Shown here piece after piece: positions 56,352-64,000 of a DNA stretch of 64,000 nt. The position numbers were made by a program, and so were the translations under genes. The stretch covers positions 311,647 through 375,646 of the forward strand of contig JACPTS010000001.1 in the NCBI GenBank assembly GCA_016192685.1, read 5' to 3'. The notes under the pieces were generated by a model. That model had not been told where the DNA came from, ran no database searches, and was given only the letters and a program-made list of their open reading frames with translations. The DNA is from Candidatus Harrisonbacteria bacterium (lineage in GTDB: Bacteria; Patescibacteriota; Minisyncoccia; UBA6257; 02-FULL-45-10c). How positions within the stretch are numbered: the stretch's first letter is position 1; every line of letters starts with the position of its first letter.

Positions 56352-58421
56352 TTAGAATTTTTCTATCATCAACATTTCTTTTTCTTTATTTGGTAAATTT
56401 TGATATATTTCTTCAGTGAGGTGCGGCATGAACGGATGGAGCATTTTTAAAATTTCCAGCAAAGCGGCAGATAAAGTTTCTTTAGTCTCATTGTCTGTCT
56501 GTTTTTTTGCCAGTTCAATGTATTTATCCGCAAATTCGTGCCAAACAAAATCGTAAAGCGTATGCAGCGCTGGCCCGAATTCATAAGCATCAATTTGTTC
56601 CGAAACTGACTTTTTAGTTGTTTTGAGTTTTTCTAAAAATTTTTTATTCTCGGGCATTTTTACATTAATGTTATCCGCCTTCGCCAAGGCTTCGGCGGAT
56701 GGCCCGATTCGCCCTAAGACGAATCGGGCCATATTCCAAACCTTATTCGCGAATTTTTTTCCGGCTATTACGGCATTTTCATCCCAGTGGATATCCTGGC
56801 CGCCCATTGCCTGCCAGATTAATCCGAATCTGGTTGCGTCCGCCCCGTATTTTTCTATAAGAATCATCGGATCAATGCCGGTTCCTAGGGATTTTGACAT
56901 TCTTTTTCCGTCTTTAGTTAAAATCGTTCCGTGAATAATCACATCGGAAAATGGAATTTTTTTTGTAAATTCCAGTCCGGAAAAAACCATTCTTGCTACC
57001 CATAAATTGATAATATCCCGTGCCGTAGAAAGCACTTGGGTAGGATAAAATTTTGCCAAGTCGCCATTCTTCGCTGAAGCTTCGGATGGCCATCCGAGAG
57101 TGGCAAAGGGCCAGAGCGCGGAAGAAAACCAGGTGTCCAAAACATCGGTTTCTCCTTCCAGCGGAATTTTGTGGCCCCACCAGATTTGGCGGGAAACATT
57201 CCAATCGCGGATATTTTCCAGCCAATCAAAATAAATTTTTTCCCAGTTTTTTGGATGAAATTTTACTTTGCCGCCTTTCACCGCTTTGATTGCCGATTTG
57301 GCCAGTTCTTCCATTTTTAAAAACCATTGCAAGCTAGGCAAGGGTTCAATCACGGTTCCGCAGCGGTAACAAACTGCCACGTTGTGGGTATAATTCTCTT
57401 CTTTTTCAATCAAGTTTTGCCTTTTTAGTTCTTCAATAACTTTTTCCCGGCAATCATTGATTTTTAAGCCGGCGCAAAGCTGGCCGGCGGCTTCGGTCAT
57501 TTTGCCAAGCGGCCCGACAACTTTATATATAGGAAGCTTATGCGTTTCTCCGATTCGCGCGTCCAGTAAATCGTGAGCTGGCGTTACTTTTACCGCGCCG
57601 GTTCCGAATTCCATATCAATTTCTTTGTCGGCGATAATCGGAATTTCCCGATTTTGGATTGGCAGTAAAACTTTTTGGCCAACGAGATTTTTATAACGCT
57701 TATCTTTTGGATTCACTGCCACGGCCGCATCGCCGAGCATGGTTTCCGGCCGGGTCGTCGCTACTATAATGTAGTCTTTTGTTTTTTGTTTATCGTCTTT
57801 TGTCAGTGGGTATCGCAGATACCACAATTTACCTCTTCCCTCTTTATATTCCAATTCCAAATCCGACAAACTAGTCTGGCATCTTACGCACCAATTGATT
57901 ACCCGTTCGGCTTTATAAAGCCAGCCTTTTTTGTGGTAATGGAGAAAAGCCTCATTAACCGCTTTTTGATAGTTTTCGTCCATGGTAAAACGGGTGTGGG
58001 ACCAATCCATGGAACAGCCGAGTTTTTTAAACTGGTTTAAAATTATATTTCCGTATTTTTCTTTCCACTCCCAGACTTTTTCCAGAAATTTTTCCCGGCC
58101 TAGGTCGTGGCGATTCAAACCTTGTTTTTTCAATTCTTTTTCCACTACATTCTGGGTGGCAATGCCGGCATGGTCAGTGCCCGGAAGCCAAAGGGTTTTA
58201 TATCCCTCCATTCTTTTTTTGCGGATTAAAATATCCTGAATGGCGGCATTGAGGGCGTGGCCCATATGGAGTGAGCCGGTGACATTCGGCGGCGGAACCA
58301 CTATGGTGTAACTTTTCCCTGTCGGCAGGTTGTCCGGATTAAAATATCCGGACTTTTCCCAAAGCTCGTAAATTTTATCCTCAACTTTTTTCGGGTCGTA
58401 AGCGGAGGGCAGTTCTTTCAT
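56352..58421 (-). CDS. valS: valine--tRNA ligase (short form lacking C-terminal coiled coil)
   Basis: 689 aa; PPPNVTGSLHMGHALN (HIGH), RMSKSLGT (KMSKS). Confidence 0.8.
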   Translation of the reverse strand: MKELPSAYDPKKVEDKIYELWEKSGYFNPDNLPTGKSYTIVVPPPNVTGSLHMGHALNAAIQDILIRKKRMEGYKTLWLPGTDHAGIATQNVVEKELKKQGLNRHDLGREKFLEKVWEWKEKYGNIILNQFKKLGCSMDWSHTRFTMDENYQKAVNEAFLHYHKKGWLYKAERVINWCVRCQTSLSDLELEYKEGRGKLWYLRYPLTKDDKQKTKDYIIVATTRPETMLGDAAVAVNPKDKRYKNLVGQKVLLPIQNREIPIIADKEIDMEFGTGAVKVTPAHDLLDARIGETHKLPIYKVVGPLGKMTEAAGQLCAGLKINDCREKVIEELKRQNLIEKEENYTHNVAVCYRCGTVIEPLPSLQWFLKMEELAKSAIKAVKGGKVKFHPKNWEKIYFDWLENIRDWNVSRQIWWGHKIPLEGETDVLDTWFSSALWPFATLGWPSEASAKNGDLAKFYPTQVLSTARDIINLWVARMVFSGLEFTKKIPFSDVIIHGTILTKDGKRMSKSLGTGIDPMILIEKYGADATRFGLIWQAMGGQDIHWDENAVIAGKKFANKVWNMARFVLGRIGPSAEALAKADNINVKMPENKKFLEKLKTTKKSVSEQIDAYEFGPALHTLYDFVWHEFADKYIELAKKQTDNETKETLSAALLEILKMLHPFMPHLTEEIYQNLPNKEKEMLMIEKF

Positions 58422-58480
58422 ATATTGAAAAGTATAATTTAATTTTTCGCATTTAAAAAGCGGCTCTATTGAGCCGCTTT

Positions 58481-59593
58481 TTAAATAGTCAGATTTCCTT
58501 GCGCTTCAATTTTAAGGCGTTTTTTGTTTTTTTGGAGAAGATTGATATACGCGGCGGCGGCGATCATGGCGGCATTGTCGGTGTTAAATTCAAAATCCGG
58601 CACAACAAAATTTAGTCGTAAGTCGTTAGTCATTTGTCGTAAGTTGTCGCGAAGCTGTTTGTTTGCCGATACTCCGCCGCAAAGAAGAACTGATTTGGCC
58701 CGGTACTCTTCCGTTGCCCGGATAGCTTTTTTTACTAAAACATCAATAACTGCTTGCTGGAAAGAGGCGGCCACATCAGCTTTTTTTACTTTTGGATTAT
58801 CGCGGAGGTAGTAAAGCACAGAAGTTTTCAATCCGGAAAAACTGAATTCATAGCCGGGTTTATTTAGCATCGGCCGGGGAAATTTTATTGCTTTAGGATC
58901 TCCCCTGGCAGCTAATTTTTGTATTTCCGGGCCGCCGGGATATGGCAAATTCAGCATTCTTGCCACTTTATCAAATGCCTCGCCGGCGGCGTCATCCAAT
59001 GTTTCGCCGAGTTTAGTCCATTTATTGATGGCAGTCATATGGAGTAAAATTGTATGCCCGCCGCTTACGATTAAAGCGATAGCGGGAAATTTGATTTTTG
59101 GAATTATGAATTTGGAATCAGGAATTATGGAATTTTTTTCTTTTCCCCTAATACCTAATACCTTATTCCTTATTCCTTCTATTCGAACTGGAAGCCAGTT
59201 CGAATAGAGGTGTCCCTTCATATGATTTACGCCGATTAGCGGCTTTTTTAATTTCTTTGCCAGTTCTTCGGCAAAATTGATTCCAGTCCAAAGCGCCGGC
59301 TCTAATCCGGGGCCAACGGTCACAGCAAGGTAGTCAATTGTTGTCTTTTGTTGTTTGTTGTTTGTTGTCTTAAGAATTTGCCGTAAAACTATAGGCAAAT
59401 TCTTAAGGTGTTCCCGTTTAGCTAAATTGGGGACTACGCCGCCAAATGGACGGTGAATCGGAATTTGGGAAGAAACGATATTTTTTAAAATTTTAAATCG
59501 CGGCGATTTCAGCGTGCCGTTGGCTTTTAATAAAGCCATAGAAGTTTCATCACAGCTGGTTTCGATGGATAAAAGGGTCTTTGCCTTAGACAT
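58481..59593 (-). CDS. tsaD: tRNA N6-adenosine threonylcarbamoyltransferase
   Basis: 370 aa; SIETSCDETS N-terminus, Kae1/TsaD fold; contains an in-frame repetitive insertion (59090-59215). Confidence 0.8.
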   Translation of the reverse strand: MSKAKTLLSIETSCDETSMALLKANGTLKSPRFKILKNIVSSQIPIHRPFGGVVPNLAKREHLKNLPIVLRQILKTTNNKQQKTTIDYLAVTVGPGLEPALWTGINFAEELAKKLKKPLIGVNHMKGHLYSNWLPVRIEGIRNKVLGIRGKEKNSIIPDSKFIIPKIKFPAIALIVSGGHTILLHMTAINKWTKLGETLDDAAGEAFDKVARMLNLPYPGGPEIQKLAARGDPKAIKFPRPMLNKPGYEFSFSGLKTSVLYYLRDNPKVKKADVAASFQQAVIDVLVKKAIRATEEYRAKSVLLCGGVSANKQLRDNLRQMTNDLRLNFVVPDFEFNTDNAAMIAAAAYINLLQKNKKRLKIEAQGNLTI

Positions 59594-59623
59594 GCCGTAA
59601 GAAAGTATTTTATCTTTTTATTT

Positions 59624-59700
59624 GGTAGTGCCATCGGGATTCGAACCCGAGTTTCCTCCGTGAAAGGGAGGCGTCCTAGGCCAGGCTAGACGATGGCACC
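59624..59700 (-). tRNA. tRNA-Glu(TTC)
   Basis: anticodon loop cuUUCac; CCA encoded. Confidence 0.75.
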
Positions 59701-59753
59701 ATTAACAATTGTAATATTATACACTATACTAAAAATATAAGGCAAATTAACCT

Positions 59754-60155
59754 ATGATTCCAGTATTATTAGTTTTCAGTAATCAGGCGCTTTTAGTTTT
59801 AAGGGTGGTAGTTGGTTTAATTTTTGTCGCGCACGGCTGGCCGAAGTTAAAAAATTTAAAAGGCACGCAGGCCTGGTTTGGCTCGGTTGGTTTTAAGCCA
59901 GGCTGGCTATGGGGAACTTTAGCGGCTTTGTTGGAAGGAGTTGGCGGACCGCTCATAATCGTCGGTTTTGGCACTCAACCGTTCAGTTTCCTGCTGGCGA
60001 TTCAAATGTTGGTGGCGGCGATTTGGCAAAAAAGACAGGGCAAGAATTTTTCCGGCGGTTATGAACTAGATTTGCTTTTAGTTGCGGCTTTATTAGTGCT
60101 TGCCGCTACTGGCGGCGGCACTATTTCTCTGGAAGGATATTTTAGATTAATCTAG
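59754..60155 (+). CDS. DoxX-family membrane protein
   Basis: 133 aa; LRVVVGLIFVAHGWPKL. Confidence 0.65.
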   Translation: MIPVLLVFSNQALLVLRVVVGLIFVAHGWPKLKNLKGTQAWFGSVGFKPGWLWGTLAALLEGVGGPLIIVGFGTQPFSFLLAIQMLVAAIWQKRQGKNFSGGYELDLLLVAALLVLAATGGGTISLEGYFRLI

Positions 60156-61625
60156 ATGATCCGCTTTTTTGATGTTTTACCCGGAGCGTTTTCCTGGGGA
60201 ACGCTTTTTTTAATAGTTTTTTTATCTTGGCAAAAACCGGTTTGGATTGCCATTTTTATTATTTTATTTGATATTTATTGGCTTTTAAAATCTCTTTATC
60301 TTTCTTTGCATTTGCGGGCCGCTTTTAAAAAAATGCGGCAGCATTTAAAAATTGCTTGGCGGGAACGGCTGGCGATTTTTGCCCACTGGAAAGAAATTCA
60401 TCATTTGGTAATTTTGCCGATGGCCGATGAGCCTTATGAGGTAATTAAGGATTCTTTTCAAAGTTTGCGGAAGTGCGATTATCCGAAAGAAAAATTGCTT
60501 TTGGTACTTGCCATTGAGGAGCGGGCCGGAGAGAAAGCGAAGAAAATTGCCGCTCAAATCCAGAAAGAATTTTCCGAATTTTTCCCCTGGCTGATTATTA
60601 CGGAGCATCCGGCCAATTTAGCTGGCGAGATTCCGGGCAAGGGCTCTAATGAAACTTGGGCCGCCAAAGAAGCAAAAAAATTATTGGTTGATAAATTAAA
60701 AATTCCTTATGAAAATGTTTTGGTTTCGGTTTTTGACGCGGACACCCAGGTTTATCCGGAATATTTCGGCTGTCTGGCTTATCATTTTCTGACCGCCGAA
60801 AAACCACAGCGCTCCAGTTATCAGCCGGTTCCTCTTTTTATAAATAACATTTATCAGGCGCCGGCACTGGCGCGGATTATTTCTTTTTCCGCGACTTTTT
60901 GGCAGATGATGCAGCAGTCCCGGCCGGAACGGCTGACCACCTTTTCTTCTCACGCCATGCCCTTTAAAGCATTGACAGAAATTGGTTACTGGCAAAAAGA
61001 TATTGTTTCGGAGGATTCCAGAATTTTTTGGCAATGTTATCTGCATTATAATGGTGATTGGCAAGCGGTGCCGCTTTTTTACCCGGTTTCCATGGACGCC
61101 AATTCGGCCCCGAGTTTTTGGCAAACGCTTTTGAATTTGTATAAGCAACAGCGGCGTTGGGCGTGGGGAGTAGAAAATATTCCTTATCTTTTGGACGGTT
61201 TTAGAAAAAATAAGTTAATTTTAATCCGTTCCAAAATTTATTGGACCTTTCAGATTATTGAGGGTTTTCATTCCTGGGCGACCAATTCACTGATTATTTT
61301 TTCTTTGGGCTGGCTGCCGATTTTAATTGGAACGGCCGATTTTAATCAGAGCGTCCTTTCTTATAATTTGCCGGCAATTACCAGAAATATTATGATGTTC
61401 GCGAGCATTGGCATTGCCAGTTCGGCGATTTTAAGCATTATGCTGCTTCCGCCGAAACCGGAAGGAATAAGGCGGCGCCATTATCTTTTTTATCTTATCC
61501 AATGGGCGCTTCTGCCCCTTACTTTGATATTATTCGGTTCTATTCCCGCTCTTGAAGCTCAGACTCGTTTAATGCTTGGCGGCAAATGGCGATTGGGTTT
61601 TTGGGTTACTCCCAAAAACCGTTAG
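60156..61625 (+). CDS. membrane glycosyltransferase family 2 (processive, cellulose-synthase-like)
   Basis: 489 aa; DAD..., QQRRW (QxxRW) motif, multiple TM helices. Confidence 0.65.
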   Translation: MIRFFDVLPGAFSWGTLFLIVFLSWQKPVWIAIFIILFDIYWLLKSLYLSLHLRAAFKKMRQHLKIAWRERLAIFAHWKEIHHLVILPMADEPYEVIKDSFQSLRKCDYPKEKLLLVLAIEERAGEKAKKIAAQIQKEFSEFFPWLIITEHPANLAGEIPGKGSNETWAAKEAKKLLVDKLKIPYENVLVSVFDADTQVYPEYFGCLAYHFLTAEKPQRSSYQPVPLFINNIYQAPALARIISFSATFWQMMQQSRPERLTTFSSHAMPFKALTEIGYWQKDIVSEDSRIFWQCYLHYNGDWQAVPLFYPVSMDANSAPSFWQTLLNLYKQQRRWAWGVENIPYLLDGFRKNKLILIRSKIYWTFQIIEGFHSWATNSLIIFSLGWLPILIGTADFNQSVLSYNLPAITRNIMMFASIGIASSAILSIMLLPPKPEGIRRRHYLFYLIQWALLPLTLILFGSIPALEAQTRLMLGGKWRLGFWVTPKNR

Positions 61626-61642
61626 TAAATTTTTTCAGTCGG

Positions 61643-63775
61643 CTATTCTAAATGAATTGCTTTTTGGAACTCTTCAAATTTTTTGGCGAGCAATGGATGA
61701 TTTTTAAATTCCGGATCGTTGGAAATAATTTCTTTGGCCGCGTCGCGGGCGGTTTTTACCAGTTGGATATCTTTTAGGGCGTCCATAGCCACATCCGGCA
61801 GACCGGCTTGGCTTTCGCCCAAAAATTGGCCCGGGCCGCGGATCTGTAAATCCATTTCGGCAAGTTCAAAACCATTTTTAGCGGTAATCAAATAATTTAA
61901 TCTTTTTCGGGTATTCCCCGAATCCGAATCAGTAAAAAGCAGGCAAAAAGATTGATGATTGCTTCGGCCAACCCGGCCGCGGAATTGATAAAGCTGGGCA
62001 AGACCAAATCGATCCGCCCCTTCAATTATCATAATGGCGGCATTAGGAACATCTACCCCGACTTCAATGACAGAGGTGGAAACCAAAAGGTCATATTTCC
62101 GTTCCTGAAAATTTTTCATAATCTGGTCTTTTTCCTTGCCCTTCATTTTGCCGTGCAGCATTATTACCCGCAGATCCGGAAAAACCTTTTTGGATAATTT
62201 TTCAAATTCTTCTTTAACTGATTTTAATTCCAGCGCTTTCTTTTTTGCCTCGCTTAGAATTTCCCCTTCTTTTATTGCCCCCGGTTCTATGCGGGGACAG
62301 ATAACAAAAGCCTGCCGGCCCTTTTTAATTTGTTCGCGGATAAAATCATAAGCCTTTTGCCGATTTTCCGGAGCAACGATTTTGGTGACGATTTCTTTTC
62401 TTCCGGCCGGCAATTCGGTGATAGTGGAAAGATCCAGGTCGCCGAAAACCGTTAAAGAAAGAGTGCGGGGTATGGGCGTGGCGGACATACTAAGAAAGTG
62501 GGGGATCGGCTGATTGGCCAGTTCATTATTTTCTTGGTCTTGAAGAGCGGCGCGCTGTTTAACGCCAAAACGATGCTGTTCGTCCACGATGGCTAAAGCC
62601 AAATTTTTAAATTTAACGCCTTTTTGAATAACGGCGTGAGTGCCGATAATAATTTTCACCTGGCCATCCGCAATGGCTTTCAGAAGCAGGGTTTTAGAAA
62701 TTTTAGCCGGGGTAAGTTCGGTTTTGCCGGCAGTAAGAAGCGCAATGCCATCGGAGAAATTGGGAAAAATTTTAGAAATGGTGCGATAATGCTGGCCAGC
62801 CAGCACTTCGGTTGGCGCCATAAAGGCGGTTTGTAAATTATTTTCCGCGGTAAAAATCGCGGCCAGAGCGGCAATAACCGTTTTGCCGGAGCCGACATCG
62901 CCCTGAAGCAAGCGGTTCATCGGCCGCGGCTTTTGAAGGTCGGCGAGAATTTCTTTTAAACTTTGTTTTTGGGAATCAGTCAGCTGGAACGGCAAACTGC
63001 CGGTTAGTTTCGCCAGTTTATCTTGATTGATGGCCAGCGGCAGAGCGTTTTTTCCCGCCAACCGCGTTTTAATTTTTAAGTTGTTTAATTGGAGTAAAAA
63101 TAAATCCTCAAAGGCGAATCTTTTTTTAGCCGATTCGGCATCGTTCGGCTGAAGCGGGAAATGAATCCGTTTCAGGGCAAGATTGAGAGCCGGCAATTTA
63201 TTTTCTTTTAAAATTTCTTCGGGCAGGAAATCTTCCAGCGGATCCAAGCTTTTTAAAATTGGTTTTATGAGATAGCGGAGGCCTTTGGAGGTAAGGCCGC
63301 GAGTTTCCGGATAAATAGGAATTAAACCCGCGGTGTGCTTAGTTTCCCCGCGGCCCATAGCGCCGATCTGCTCATAAGACGGGCTGGCCAGATAAATTTC
63401 TCTTTTGGAGCCGGTAATTTTTCCGGCAAAATTATAGCGCCCGCCTTCACGAAGGATATTATTTACGTACGGCTGATTAAACCAGACGGCTTTGATGCCG
63501 CCGGTTTCATCCACGATAATCGCCTCGGTGATTAAAAGATTTTTTTTCCAGGTGCGGCGGGTGGCAATTTGATTGATCGTGCCCTGGACAGTGGCTGACT
63601 GGTTAATTTGGAGTTCGCCGATCGGAGCTATTCTGGAGTAATCTTCATAGCGGAAAGGAAAATGCCAAAGCAGGTCTTTGACGGTTATAATGCCGAGTTT
63701 TTTTAACCGGGCGGTGAATTTCAGGCCAATGCCCGGTATGGCGCCAAGTTCAGTTGAAAGCAAAATGCCAGCCAT
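61643..63775 (-). CDS. recG: ATP-dependent DNA helicase RecG
   Basis: 710 aa; wedge domain; helicase motifs GDVGSGKT, DEQHRFG. Confidence 0.85.
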   Translation of the reverse strand: MAGILLSTELGAIPGIGLKFTARLKKLGIITVKDLLWHFPFRYEDYSRIAPIGELQINQSATVQGTINQIATRRTWKKNLLITEAIIVDETGGIKAVWFNQPYVNNILREGGRYNFAGKITGSKREIYLASPSYEQIGAMGRGETKHTAGLIPIYPETRGLTSKGLRYLIKPILKSLDPLEDFLPEEILKENKLPALNLALKRIHFPLQPNDAESAKKRFAFEDLFLLQLNNLKIKTRLAGKNALPLAINQDKLAKLTGSLPFQLTDSQKQSLKEILADLQKPRPMNRLLQGDVGSGKTVIAALAAIFTAENNLQTAFMAPTEVLAGQHYRTISKIFPNFSDGIALLTAGKTELTPAKISKTLLLKAIADGQVKIIIGTHAVIQKGVKFKNLALAIVDEQHRFGVKQRAALQDQENNELANQPIPHFLSMSATPIPRTLSLTVFGDLDLSTITELPAGRKEIVTKIVAPENRQKAYDFIREQIKKGRQAFVICPRIEPGAIKEGEILSEAKKKALELKSVKEEFEKLSKKVFPDLRVIMLHGKMKGKEKDQIMKNFQERKYDLLVSTSVIEVGVDVPNAAIMIIEGADRFGLAQLYQFRGRVGRSNHQSFCLLFTDSDSGNTRKRLNYLITAKNGFELAEMDLQIRGPGQFLGESQAGLPDVAMDALKDIQLVKTARDAAKEIISNDPEFKNHPLLAKKFEEFQKAIHLE

Positions 63776-63863
63776 ATTTAAGATGTGTATATTATATCAA
63801 GGATTTTACTAAAGCAATAGGTTGAAAAACTTAACCTTATTGTGATATTTTAAATACAAAAGA

Positions 63864-63936
63864 GCATCCCTAGCTCAATTGGCAGAGCAGATCCCTCTTA
63901 AGGATAAGGTTCTGGGTTCGAGACCCAGGGGATGCA
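63864..63936 (+). tRNA. tRNA-Lys(CTT)
   Basis: anticodon loop cuCUUaa; one mismatch at the top of the anticodon stem. Confidence 0.7.
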
Positions 63937-64000
63937 CAAAACTAAAGCTTCCCTTTTGATTTTTTGACAATTAGGTGTTCTAGGGCAAAGAAGATAATTA

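Overview
This is a low-GC, compact genome segment from an uncultivated, genome-reduced bacterium. The gene content is CPR/Patescibacteria-like (short IF-2, H+-pyrophosphatase, freestanding LAGLIDADG endonuclease, many small unknown ORFs). Three proteins nevertheless have outer-membrane-beta-barrel-like C-termini, which suggests a diderm envelope. Phylum is not assigned.

Housekeeping genes cover most of the window:
- rpsO, an NYN-domain gene and pnp
- xerC/D-like recombinase
- rbfA and infB
- arfB, ddl
- nusA, hppA, tig, clpP, tyrS
- a thrA-asd-kinase-thrC operon
- ftsH, rpsA, gyrA, glutamine synthetase type II, valS, tsaD, recG

There are 11 tRNA genes. Two have unusual anticodons: Arg-GCG and Ile-UAU.

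The most striking feature is a previously unannotated family of at least 7 structured intergenic repeat elements of about 140-190 bp, all between 15 and 50 kb. Each has three conserved boxes (TACCGGCACCGGCGTC, GCGCCTACGCCTCGC, GCTCCGTAGTTGCCGTACGA) separated by variable hairpins that differ between copies. Each copy is flanked by its own perfect or near-perfect 14-16 bp inverted repeat. Two pairs of copies sit in inverted orientation and bracket cargo. One pair encloses a 2.5 kb segment with a 523-aa protein of unknown function. The other encloses a compositionally foreign (GC-rich) 159-aa ORF that has its own consensus sigma70 promoter, strong RBS and intrinsic terminator.

Other notable items:
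- A threonine-codon leader peptide plus attenuator upstream of the thr operon. The operon lacks a canonical GHMP homoserine kinase and carries a shikimate-kinase-family P-loop kinase in its place.
- Three tandem TrbC/VirB2-like pilin paralogs, the first with a frameshift-prone 7-nt tandem repeat.
- A 1300-aa Omp85-like barrel protein fused to a zincin domain and a TolB-like propeller.
- A tRNA-associated variable region with a duplicated tRNA-Val 3' end.
- A pair of 32-bp palindromes bracketing an unknown ORF.
- A GTGAAACA iteron-like cluster next to the homing endonuclease gene.
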